A stretch of 22,198 nt of DNA from an uncultured archaeon (GTDB taxonomy: Archaea > Asgardarchaeota > Lokiarchaeia > Sigyniarchaeales > SOKP01), in assembly GCA_964525635.1 (NCBI GenBank), contig CAZGJX010000074.1:1-22198 (forward strand), written 5' to 3'. Below the pieces are notes generated by a model. The model was not told the DNA's origin, did not search any database, and saw only the letters and a program-made list of their open reading frames with translations. Below, piece by piece: positions 6,647 through 15,934 of this stretch. The translations under genes were made by a program, and so were the position numbers. Numbering within the stretch: position 1 is the stretch's first letter; the number at the start of each line of letters is the position of its first letter.

Positions 6647-8905
6647 ATGTATTTATTCGAGAAACAAAAAACAATAGAAGTACCCATTAAATGTAAGTTA
6701 TGTTTAAAGGAAATTAAATATCAAATATCTATTGATGAATACAGAAAAGTAAGAAAATTTCCAATAAAAAAAGAAAATACACATGGAGATCCAAAACATA
6801 AATTAATTGTATTTATTAATAAAAATCTTGAAATAGATAATTTTAAAATAGTAAATCTAACCGAAGCTGAAACTGCTCCAGTCGGTAATGAATTAACTAA
6901 ACAGGTACTACATGACATAGGATTGTCAGATGTAGAAATTGAACTTTATATTAAAACTACTGGCAGAGATGTTGTATCATTAGGCGAGATGGGTATTTTA
7001 ATTAATAAATCCAAAGAAGAATGTAAAAAAATCGCTGACAAATTTGTACAAAAAGGATTGTTTAAAGAAATCATTGGTGCAACACCGCATTTTACTCCAT
7101 TGCCTCCATATGCTGCACTTTTAGGACAATTAAAAGATTTTCATTCTTATATTTCTAATATCAAGAAACAACTACCTATTGATGTAGATAAATCATTTCA
7201 GGAATTTGAAGCAAGTTCTGAAGATAGCACGAAGCTTAAAGAAGCTGAGGGCCTAATTCATGATATAAGAGATAATATGTTATCCAAAATTGATCTAAAA
7301 GAAGGAGATGTAGTTAGAGATACTTCTGTATATGACCAAGTTAAAGATATTACAAAAGATCTTGGAGATGTCGAAGGATTAACAAAAAATTTAGTAGATA
7401 AACAGATTGATGAGATGAAAAAACAATTTGAAGCTATTAATTCGAAATCTGCTGAGATTATTCAAGCCCAAGTTGAAGATTTGAGTGATCGATTAAGTGG
7501 TATGAAATCTATTATATCAGACAATTTAAGTAAACTTAAGTTAGGTGTTGTTCAGAATTCTGTAAATCAATTAGTTGAAAAAATTGTATCTAACAGTATG
7601 AAGGAAATCCAAGATGGTTTGGATGTCCAATTAAGCGTAAATGAAATGGTTTTTACAGAAGAATTAAATGATACAATTGGAAGTTTAGATAAAGAATTTA
7701 CAAATAAATTTAAAGATTCAATTGAAGGAACACTTAAAGGTTTAGAAGGTATGACATTTGAATCTAAAGGAGATTCTAAAGCTATATTCGATCAAATTGG
7801 AGGTCAATTTACAGAAGCTGTAAAAGTCGCTGAAGATAAAATCAATGCAATATATGGAGATGTTCTTAAATCTTTAGGTGGTGTTAAAGAATTAGTAACA
7901 AAACGAGTTGTTAATACTATAGATAGTACGTTGGATAAAATCTTAACTAAATTACAAATGCAAGAAGCTATGACAGAAGAGTTCTGGGATCAAGCAAAAA
8001 AGATATCAACACTTACTATGAAGGATATATGGTTCATTAGATCACCAGAAGCAGCTAAAGCACATATAAATGAAGAAATATCTAGAGCTAAAATGAGGGT
8101 ATTAGTTGTAGCTCCTGAAATTACTGATATTGATATAAATGTTATAAAATCTTGCCCATCACGTATTAATATTCGTATCGCTGCATCTATAGATGTTGGA
8201 AATCCTGAACATAAAAGAATACTTGATGAATTAGATAAGCTTGGTAATGCAGATTATAGAAATCGTGGATTAAAGAACTTGTGGGGAATTAATAAAGATT
8301 ATGAAGAAGTAATTCTCTGTGTTTTATCTAAAATAGATATTGCAGGCACAACAAGAACAGAGATTGCTGGTATTGGAAGTATTATCGAAGAACATATAAA
8401 AATATTCGTTCCTATTCTAGAAGATGCTTGGGTTGGAGCTCAAAAACATATATTGCATACAAAGAAAGCTTCTGCTCCAAATATACAACCAGCACCTATT
8501 AAATCTCCACCTCCTACTCCACAGAAAGTAGTTGAAATCAAACCTGCTGAAAAACCAATGTTAGAACCGACAATTCACGCACCAAAAATAATCGCGAAAA
8601 AAGAAACACCTGCTAAAGAAAAAAAAGCTAAACCTAAAGATATAGTTACAGAAATAAGTGGATTAAAAAAACAATATGCAGATATAATTGCTAGTCTTGA
8701 TAAAATTGATAGACCTACGCTTGCTGATGATTTGGAAATATTTCATAATAATTACATTAGATTAATTGGCTATAATAATACAATAAAACAAATATTTAAA
8801 AAAACAGATGTTCTTAAATCTAAGAAAGATATAATGGACAATATGGAAAGGAAAAGTCTAAAGAAATTTTTAACAGATTGGAAGAAAAATTTGGATTTAT
8901 TATAG
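6647..8905 (+). CDS. Multidomain TrmB-family protein: CxxC/HxxxxH domain, TrmB wHTH, long coiled coil, PLD-like effector domain, Pro/Lys linker, helical C-terminal domain
   Basis: CKLC...HGDPKH; TrmB-type IGLSDVEIELY...KGLFKEIIGATPHFTPLPP; about 290 aa of helical heptad-like sequence; DIWFIRSPEAAKAHINEEISRAKMRVLVVAP...FVPILEDAW, resembling the TrmB/TrmBL2 C-terminal PLD-like fold without an HKD motif; PAPIKSPPPTP linker. Confidence 0.8.
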   Translation: MYLFEKQKTIEVPIKCKLCLKEIKYQISIDEYRKVRKFPIKKENTHGDPKHKLIVFINKNLEIDNFKIVNLTEAETAPVGNELTKQVLHDIGLSDVEIELYIKTTGRDVVSLGEMGILINKSKEECKKIADKFVQKGLFKEIIGATPHFTPLPPYAALLGQLKDFHSYISNIKKQLPIDVDKSFQEFEASSEDSTKLKEAEGLIHDIRDNMLSKIDLKEGDVVRDTSVYDQVKDITKDLGDVEGLTKNLVDKQIDEMKKQFEAINSKSAEIIQAQVEDLSDRLSGMKSIISDNLSKLKLGVVQNSVNQLVEKIVSNSMKEIQDGLDVQLSVNEMVFTEELNDTIGSLDKEFTNKFKDSIEGTLKGLEGMTFESKGDSKAIFDQIGGQFTEAVKVAEDKINAIYGDVLKSLGGVKELVTKRVVNTIDSTLDKILTKLQMQEAMTEEFWDQAKKISTLTMKDIWFIRSPEAAKAHINEEISRAKMRVLVVAPEITDIDINVIKSCPSRINIRIAASIDVGNPEHKRILDELDKLGNADYRNRGLKNLWGINKDYEEVILCVLSKIDIAGTTRTEIAGIGSIIEEHIKIFVPILEDAWVGAQKHILHTKKASAPNIQPAPIKSPPPTPQKVVEIKPAEKPMLEPTIHAPKIIAKKETPAKEKKAKPKDIVTEISGLKKQYADIIASLDKIDRPTLADDLEIFHNNYIRLIGYNNTIKQIFKKTDVLKSKKDIMDNMERKSLKKFLTDWKKNLDLL

Positions 8906-8995
8906 AATTTTTATAAAATACTTTTTTTTTAACCTTTTATTTTCTTTATTAAATTTAATAATATATTTCTTATTTTTAATTACATAAATTTTATT

Positions 8996-9988
8996 ATGGT
9001 AAATGATATAATCACTAAGTCTGGTAAAATAAATGATTATATCCATCATATAGATTTGAATGCTTTTGGGAAAAAAAGATTTTTATCTAGTTATATGGCG
9101 AAATTTGATAATTTTTCGGTTATATTGGATTGTGGCACATCTTTTGAAATAGAAAATTTAATCAAATATATAAAAAAAAATAAAATCCCTTTATCATCCA
9201 TTAAATATCTTATTACCTCACATCATCATTTTGACCATAATGGGGGTGCATGGAAATTGTATACTATGCTTAAAAAATATAATCAAAAATTAAAAATCAT
9301 TACCAACAGTAGAACAAAAACACTTCTGAATGATTATAAAACACATTTGAAGCGTGCTAAACGGACTTTTGGAAACCTTACAGGGAATATGAAACCTATT
9401 GAAAATAATGCATTTCTTATAAAAGAACCTTTAGATAAATTTGATAACACCTCTCAAAATTTAAATTTTATAGATGAATTTTCTTTTAAAGGTGCCAAAA
9501 TACAATTATTTACTTTAAAAACACCTGGTCATACACATGATCATCAATGTCCCTTTTTTGTAAAAGATAAGAATATAGATTTTATATTTCTTGGTGAAGC
9601 TGCTGGAACTCTTTATCATACATCTAAATTACTAACTACACCAACCACTATTCCAGTTTATTTTAATTATAATGATTATATGAGATCACTTGAAGAGTTA
9701 CTCCAAATGAAAGCAAAATTAGCAGGATTCGCACATTTTGGTGTAGTGAAGGAAAAAAACAAAGTAATTCAAGTATTAAATGAAAATAAATGCTTTATGA
9801 AAGAATTTCGCTCACAAGTTATAGAATATTATAGTGAAGAACCTAAAACTAAGTATGTTTATGATATGCTGATGCCAAAATTAATAAAACGGACGAATTT
9901 ATCTCATGAACTTATTCCTTTATTAAAAAAAATAATATTAGCAGCAATATATGGTATGATGATGGATTTAGGTTATAGAAAAGAATAA
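8996..9988 (+). CDS. Metallo-beta-lactamase fold hydrolase
   Basis: ILDCG; TSHHHFDHNGG (HxHxDH); TPGHTHDH; FLGEAAG; FAHFG. Confidence 0.9.
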   Translation: MVNDIITKSGKINDYIHHIDLNAFGKKRFLSSYMAKFDNFSVILDCGTSFEIENLIKYIKKNKIPLSSIKYLITSHHHFDHNGGAWKLYTMLKKYNQKLKIITNSRTKTLLNDYKTHLKRAKRTFGNLTGNMKPIENNAFLIKEPLDKFDNTSQNLNFIDEFSFKGAKIQLFTLKTPGHTHDHQCPFFVKDKNIDFIFLGEAAGTLYHTSKLLTTPTTIPVYFNYNDYMRSLEELLQMKAKLAGFAHFGVVKEKNKVIQVLNENKCFMKEFRSQVIEYYSEEPKTKYVYDMLMPKLIKRTNLSHELIPLLKKIILAAIYGMMMDLGYRKE

Positions 9989-10077
9989 ACTGTATCTATT
10001 TTTTAATAAATTAAAGTTAATTCTATATAAACTATTATTTTGGGATACGAAAATTTCTAAACGTTTTTATTTTATTT

Positions 10078-11286
10078 ATGTTAATGGATGAATCAATAGA
10101 AAACTGTGATGTCTGTATAGTTGGTGGTAGTATAGCAGGTAATTATTTGAGTTATCTTTTATCTAAAAGTAATCTAAAAATAATATTAATAGAAGAACAC
10201 CACAAAATAGGATTACCTTTCCAATGTGCAGGAATTATATCTAAAAAACTAAATAAATTAATTAATTTACCTGATGATATTATTTTAAATCGCGTTAATA
10301 TAGCCAAATTTATTTCTCCTTCTGGAAAAATTCTTAAATTATCTGGAAATGAAGAACCATTAATAATTGATCGTATTGCTTTGGATCAATTATTTTATAA
10401 GAAAGCCCAAGATTCTCCCAATATTAAATTCTTTCTTGGAGAAAAATTTAAATCTTTTCAATATTATTGGAAAAATCATGAAAAACTAATAACACTTAAA
10501 ACATCTAAAAGGATTATTAATACTAAATTATTGATTGGATGTGATGGACCGTTATCCTCCATTGGAAAACTTTTTGGAGTTAAAAATAATATAATATATG
10601 CGACTCAAATACGAATTCAAACTAATTTTAATGAGAATGAAGCAGTAATGTATCTCGATAAAAAATGGAATGAATTATTTGGTTGGATAGTTCCTGAGGG
10701 TAATAAAATATTTCGAATTGGTTTAGCATGTTCGAAAAATTTAAAAAAAAAATTTAGCATATTCTTGAAGAGAATCAATATTGAATATAAAACTAAAATT
10801 GATCAACAAGGAGGCATTATACCAATTGGTATTATGAATAAAATAGCATTTGATAATGTTCTGTTAGTTGGAGATTCCGCATGCCAAGTAAAAGCTACAA
10901 CAGGTGGGGGAATTATCATGCTTCTTATAGCATCAAAATATGCCGCTAATTGTATTTTAAAATGTTTTAAATATAAAAATTATTCAAAAAAATTTATTGG
11001 AAAGAATTATGAAAAACCATGTTCTGCTATAATTAGTAAAGAACTTAAAGTGCACTATTTGGTTAGATTGTTGTTGAAGAATTTTACAAATAAAAATTTT
11101 GAACATTTCTTTTTTTTAATTCAAAATAGTGAAATTAAAAATTTGATATCTTTTTATGGTGATATGGATTTTCCAAAGAAAATTTTATTTAAATTATTGA
11201 AAAATCCTTTCTTTGATATATTTCTACTCAAATTTTTAATTAAAAATCCATTATTATTTGTAAAAATCTTAATTCTGCTAAAATAG
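10078..11286 (+). CDS. Geranylgeranyl reductase family flavoprotein (digeranylgeranylglycerophospholipid reductase-like)
   Basis: DVCIVGGSIAG FAD motif; QCAGIIS; IDRIALDQ; IGCDGPLS; FGWIVP; LVGDSACQVKATTGGGI. Confidence 0.85.
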   Translation: MLMDESIENCDVCIVGGSIAGNYLSYLLSKSNLKIILIEEHHKIGLPFQCAGIISKKLNKLINLPDDIILNRVNIAKFISPSGKILKLSGNEEPLIIDRIALDQLFYKKAQDSPNIKFFLGEKFKSFQYYWKNHEKLITLKTSKRIINTKLLIGCDGPLSSIGKLFGVKNNIIYATQIRIQTNFNENEAVMYLDKKWNELFGWIVPEGNKIFRIGLACSKNLKKKFSIFLKRINIEYKTKIDQQGGIIPIGIMNKIAFDNVLLVGDSACQVKATTGGGIIMLLIASKYAANCILKCFKYKNYSKKFIGKNYEKPCSAIISKELKVHYLVRLLLKNFTNKNFEHFFFLIQNSEIKNLISFYGDMDFPKKILFKLLKNPFFDIFLLKFLIKNPLLFVKILILLK

Positions 11287-11310
11287 GATTATAAAGATTA
11301 GATTATCAAA

Positions 11311-11673
11311 TTAAGGTTGCCATGAAAAAAAAGCGATTTCACCACCTGTAAAAAAGAACCAAAAAACTATAAATCCAATTAAAAAAATAGTAGTTATCAA
11401 TCCAATATTTTTAATACTTTTGGAGATTCCAAGATCATCATTTTTCCTCTGTACTATAGCTCGAATCATAGCTGTATAATATATTATTGAAATTAATAAA
11501 CATACAATCCATAAGAATAACATAAACAGACTTAGAGTATAAATAGGTTCACCATTATATTTTAATTCATTTAACCAAACCCAGTATGTAACAATCATAT
11601 ATGTAGGTATAATACTAAATATTAATCCTGCTATAAGAAATGTGATACTCCAAGCAATTCCTTTCCATGCCAT
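11311..11673 (-). CDS. Small membrane protein with about 3 TM helices, unknown function
   Basis: Three hydrophobic segments; GGAG-type RBS upstream; converges on the GGR gene. Confidence 0.75.
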   Translation of the reverse strand: MAWKGIAWSITFLIAGLIFSIIPTYMIVTYWVWLNELKYNGEPIYTLSLFMLFLWIVCLLISIIYYTAMIRAIVQRKNDDLGISKSIKNIGLITTIFLIGFIVFWFFFTGGEIAFFSWQP

Positions 11674-11946
11674 ATTATAAAAAGCTCTCCTAGGTTATAT
11701 TATATTTTTAATTTGTTATTCTTAATTATAATTATGATTTTCATAAGAATATTATTAATATTTAAATCGATGATCTATAATTATTTTTACTAACAATTGT
11801 ATAAAGTAAAATTAGAAATATCTGTTATCATTGAGATAATTATATAAGCTAATTATATTATAATTTAAATTTTTAAAAAAATATAATTTGGGTGTTTCTT
11901 TAAATTAGCATATCTTAAAAAATATCATTCAATTTAGGTTTTTTTA

Positions 11947-13095
11947 TTGGATTTTGAACTTTCTGAAAAACATAGACTTGTGAGAAGGAGTGTTAGAACC
12001 TTTGCAGAAGATATTCTAGGGCCTCTAGCACCCATTATGGATAGAGAAGCTAAATTTAGCTGGGAGGCTGCAAAAGAATTAGCTAAAATAAATGCATGGG
12101 GACTACAAATTCCAGAGAAGTATGGAGGGGCGGATTTAGATTCTATTAGTTATGCAATAACAATTGAAGAAATTTCAAGAATATGCGCAGCTACTGCTTT
12201 AACTATTTCGGTCCATAACTCCGTTGGAGCTTATCCTATATATAAATTTGGAACTGAAGAACAAAAAGAGAAATTTCTTCCTGATATCACTTCAGGTAAG
12301 AAAATAGCTGCTTTTGCATGGACAGAACCAAATGCAGGTTCTGATGCTGGTGCAATAGAATCCTTAGCTATAGAAGATGGAGATGTTTTTATATTGAATG
12401 GATCCAAAATATTTGTTACTAATGGAGGAATTGCATCAACAGTTTTGATAGGTGCTAAATATCAAACAGAAAAAGGTGAAAAAGGATATGTAGCATTTAT
12501 TCTTGATAAAAATATGAAGGGATTTGAAGTAGGTGAAAACGAAGACAAGCTTGGTATTAGGGGATCTAGCACAACAAGTTTATATTTTCATGATATTCGG
12601 ATTCCTAAAGAAAATATCCTAGGAAATCTTAATGATGGATTTAAAATTGGTATGCAGGCATTAGATGTCGGAAGAATAGGGATAGCTGCTCAAGCTATTG
12701 GAATTGCACAAGCTGCTTATGAACATTCTGTTAATTATTCAAAAGGAAGGATTCAATTTAATAAACCGATATCTAGATTTCAAGGTATCTCATTTAAGCT
12801 AGCAGAAATGGCAACTAAAATAGATTCTGCCCGGTTACTTCTTTTTAGAACTGCTTTTCTTAAAGATAAAGGCGTTCCATTTTCCAAAGAAACAGCTATG
12901 TCAAAATATTATGCCAGTCAAATTGCTCGGGAAATTGCACAAGAAGCAATTCAAATTCATGGTGGTTATGGGTATATGAAAGATCTTCCCGTTGAGAGAT
13001 ATTATCGTGATGCTAAAGTGACAGAATTGTATGAAGGTACTAATGAGATTATGAAATTTATCATATCTAGAGAAATTTTGAGAGGGAATTTATAA
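11947..13095 (+). CDS. Acyl-CoA dehydrogenase (short-chain/butyryl-CoA type; TTG start)
   Basis: IPEKYGGADLD; AFAWTEPNAGSDA; LNGSKIFVTNG; KLGIRGSST; LDVGRIGIAAQAIGIAQAA; RIQFNKPI; QIHGGYGYMKDLPVERYYRDAKVTELYEGTNEI. Confidence 0.96.
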   Translation: MDFELSEKHRLVRRSVRTFAEDILGPLAPIMDREAKFSWEAAKELAKINAWGLQIPEKYGGADLDSISYAITIEEISRICAATALTISVHNSVGAYPIYKFGTEEQKEKFLPDITSGKKIAAFAWTEPNAGSDAGAIESLAIEDGDVFILNGSKIFVTNGGIASTVLIGAKYQTEKGEKGYVAFILDKNMKGFEVGENEDKLGIRGSSTTSLYFHDIRIPKENILGNLNDGFKIGMQALDVGRIGIAAQAIGIAQAAYEHSVNYSKGRIQFNKPISRFQGISFKLAEMATKIDSARLLLFRTAFLKDKGVPFSKETAMSKYYASQIAREIAQEAIQIHGGYGYMKDLPVERYYRDAKVTELYEGTNEIMKFIISREILRGNL

Positions 13096-13096
13096 A

Positions 13097-13903
13097 ATGC
13101 TTAAAATCTTTGTTTTAATTAAACAAGTTCCAAAAACAGATAACCTACAAATAAATCTAAAAACAGGGGCATTAATAAGAAATAAAATAGATAATATCAT
13201 AAACCCTGATGATATATTTGCATTAGAATTTGCTTTAACAATTAGAGAAAAATACGGAGGTGTAATAACAGCAATGACTATGGGCCCATCACAAGCAGAA
13301 TCGTCATTAAGGGAAGCATTAGCCATGGGGATTGATCATGTTATACATATATCCGATCCTATATTTTCTTATTCTGATACTCTTCAAACAACTTTAGTCT
13401 TAAAAGAAACATTTGAAAAGATTAAAAGTTATGATGTCATAATTACTGGAAGTGTAACCTTAGATTCAGGAACAGGACAAGTTCCCTATCAATTATCTGA
13501 AGCTTTACAAATTCCTTTAATAACTGATATTTTTATTTTTGAATTTGAAAAAGATAAATTTAAGTGCCAAAGAAATTTTGGACATGAGAGTCAAGATATT
13601 GAAGTAAATCTACCCGTTATAATTAGAATTGGAAAACATTTTAATAAACCAAGACACATACCCTTATCAGGAATAAAAAAAGCTTTTGAAAAAAAAATAG
13701 AAATTATGGATTTTAATTTATTAAATTGTCCAGATGAAATTGATGGATGTAACAAATCTCCAACCCAAGTTATAAAGACGGATAAATTGGTCCATAAAAG
13801 AAAAAATGAATTTATAAAAGGTTCTATTAAAGAAAAAATCCAAAGGATTTTCGATATTATGAAAGAACATGGAATAGAAAAACGTTGGATGCAAAAAAAA
13901 TAG
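13097..13903 (+). CDS. etfB: Electron transfer flavoprotein beta subunit
   Basis: IKQVP; INPDD..ALE; MGPSQA..LREALAMG; SDTLQT; D..TGQV; SPTQV; starts 1 nt after the ACAD stop codon. Confidence 0.93.
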   Translation: MLKIFVLIKQVPKTDNLQINLKTGALIRNKIDNIINPDDIFALEFALTIREKYGGVITAMTMGPSQAESSLREALAMGIDHVIHISDPIFSYSDTLQTTLVLKETFEKIKSYDVIITGSVTLDSGTGQVPYQLSEALQIPLITDIFIFEFEKDKFKCQRNFGHESQDIEVNLPVIIRIGKHFNKPRHIPLSGIKKAFEKKIEIMDFNLLNCPDEIDGCNKSPTQVIKTDKLVHKRKNEFIKGSIKEKIQRIFDIMKEHGIEKRWMQKK

Positions 13904-13917
13904 AAGAGGTCTAATTA

Positions 13918-14928
13918 ATGGATAACTTAAAAGATTATAAAGATATATGGGTTTTTACAGAAATAAAAGATCATGAAGAAGTAAATAATTGCGCTTTGGA
14001 AATTCTTGGAAAAGCAAGAGAAATTGCAGATGAGTTAAATCAGGAATTAGTGGCAATTGTATTAGCTTATGAAGCAGAAAAGTATTTATCAATTATTACG
14101 GAATATGGAGTAGATAAGATAATTTATATTAGCCACCTTGATTTAAAGCATTATCATGAACAATTTTTTACCAATTTAATATATGAATTAATTGAAAAAT
14201 ATAAACCTTCAATTTTCTTGTTTCCATCAACAGAAGCAAGTAATGCTCTTTCAGCAAGACTTGCTTATCGATGTAGAACTGGTTTAGTAAATAGTGTATT
14301 AAATTTAGAGTTGGGAGGAGAAAAAGGGGATGATTTATTATTAACTGATAAACCTGCATATGGTGGCAATGTTAGTGTTAAGATTATATGTCCAAAAACA
14401 AGACCTCAAATGTGTACAATAACTACTGGCATATTCAAAAAAAAGGAATTAAAAAAGGAAAATGTTGAGATAATTGAAGAGAATTATCATTCTGATAAAA
14501 GTAAAATAAAAATTAAAATAATTGGCGCCCCTACTAGAAAAGATAAACCTACGGCATTATTAAGTGATGCAAAATTTGTTATTGGTGGGGGTCAAGGTAT
14601 TGGTTCTAAAGAAAATTTTGAAAAATTATATATACTTGCGGATTATACTAATGGTCAAGTGGGAGGTACACGCAGACCAATCCTTAATGGTTGGATGCCT
14701 GAACATTTACAAATAGGAATAAGTGGAGAATCTATTAAACCTAATTTATATTTAGCTTTAGGAATTTCTGGAGCAATACAACACGTAGTTGGTATAACAG
14801 ATTCTGATACAATTATTGCAATAAACACTGATCCTAACGCATCAATATTTAAAACCTCAGATTATTGTGTTATAGGAGATGCTAAAGAAATTGTAGACGG
14901 ACTTTTAAAATTATTAGAAAAAGACTAA
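13918..14928 (+). CDS. etfA: Electron transfer flavoprotein alpha subunit
   Basis: IWVFTE; PAYGGN; RPQMCT; QIGISG; LYLALGISGAIQHVVG; IIAINTDPNASIF; GAGGT RBS at 13906-13910. Confidence 0.95.
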   Translation: MDNLKDYKDIWVFTEIKDHEEVNNCALEILGKAREIADELNQELVAIVLAYEAEKYLSIITEYGVDKIIYISHLDLKHYHEQFFTNLIYELIEKYKPSIFLFPSTEASNALSARLAYRCRTGLVNSVLNLELGGEKGDDLLLTDKPAYGGNVSVKIICPKTRPQMCTITTGIFKKKELKKENVEIIEENYHSDKSKIKIKIIGAPTRKDKPTALLSDAKFVIGGGQGIGSKENFEKLYILADYTNGQVGGTRRPILNGWMPEHLQIGISGESIKPNLYLALGISGAIQHVVGITDSDTIIAINTDPNASIFKTSDYCVIGDAKEIVDGLLKLLEKD

Positions 14929-14956
14929 ACCACTTTATTTTATTCTATTTAAATTA

Positions 14957-15805
14957 TTACTTAATTGATTCCTTTTTATCTCGATTAGTTGTTTTTTCTT
15001 CATATAATATTGAAATAAAAAAAACTGTAATAATGATAAATAAACTCCATTGTGATGGAGGAAATTCTACTGGAACTAAAGATACAGCAATGTTTCCAAG
15101 ACCATGTAATCCCATAGAGATAAATAAATTATCTGTATAATAATAGATATAACATAAAAAAAGTCCAAATATAAATGGACTCAAAAGTCCCAATAAAGCT
15201 TCTTCAAGATTATACCCTCCTGATAAAAATCGATTTGGAATATGTGCTAAAGCAAATAGTAATTGAGAGATTATCATAGCAATAATTAATTGCTTTCTCT
15301 CTGAAGAAAATTTATCTTTTAATTTAAAATAAAGGAATAATTGAGTGAAAAATACACCACGATATAATATTTCTTCAAAAAGACTATTTCCTAAATATTC
15401 TGTTATAAATTCTCCTAAAAGATAATATGGATAAATTGGATTAGACCAAGAAGATGGCATTAATGGATTTATTTGTAATATTAAATCAATAATTAAATAT
15501 GCAATTTGCGTTATCCACCAAATTACGTAAACTAAGACTATTGCAAAAAAGAAACCAGATTTTTTAAGACCCATCTCGGAAAAAGTCAATTTTCCAATTC
15601 CTAAAAAGAGGATTAAACTGATTGTATTTAGTGGAATAAATGCAATTAGAAAATCTGTTCTAATTATATAAGATGTGCTTTCATGAAATGCTTTTGAATT
15701 AATATTTGGATAAATAACTGTATAACAAATTATCGCATAGATTATATTTACAGAAATTAGAATTAATGATAAAATGATATTTTTTCCTTCTTTTGACCTT
15801 TCCAT
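14957..15805 (-). CDS. CPBP (CAAX/Abi) family intramembrane glutamic endopeptidase
   Basis: Multiple TM helices; EEILYRG (EExxxR), FALAH (FxxxH) and HGLGN (HxxxN) motifs. Confidence 0.92.
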   Translation of the reverse strand: MERSKEGKNIILSLILISVNIIYAIICYTVIYPNINSKAFHESTSYIIRTDFLIAFIPLNTISLILFLGIGKLTFSEMGLKKSGFFFAIVLVYVIWWITQIAYLIIDLILQINPLMPSSWSNPIYPYYLLGEFITEYLGNSLFEEILYRGVFFTQLFLYFKLKDKFSSERKQLIIAMIISQLLFALAHIPNRFLSGGYNLEEALLGLLSPFIFGLFLCYIYYYTDNLFISMGLHGLGNIAVSLVPVEFPPSQWSLFIIITVFFISILYEEKTTNRDKKESIK

Positions 15806-15934
15806 GTTTTTAGTGAATTTTTTCAGTTAAAAGAGTTTAATGTTTATTGAGATAATTACATGTTTTTAATTATGTAAAATTTTTAAGTATAAAACAAAAA
15901 AATATAGGATTATAAAAATAGTTAGGATTTGATT

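Noticed and set aside
8018-8445. Active phospholipase D/nuclease in the TrmB-like protein
   Set aside because: There is no HxK(x4)D motif (the corresponding region reads KNLWGINKD), consistent with a non-catalytic effector-binding fold.
6721-14359. Short minus-strand ORFs 6721-6918, 13090-13326 and 14168-14359
   Set aside because: Antisense shadows of longer genes with clear motifs.
11830-15858. Identical 13-mer ATTGAGATAATTA at 11830-11842 and 15846-15858, and the palindrome TTATC-N5-GATAA at 11825-11839
   Set aside because: Matches this short are expected by chance in such AT-rich intergenic DNA, and their spacing to start codons is inconsistent.
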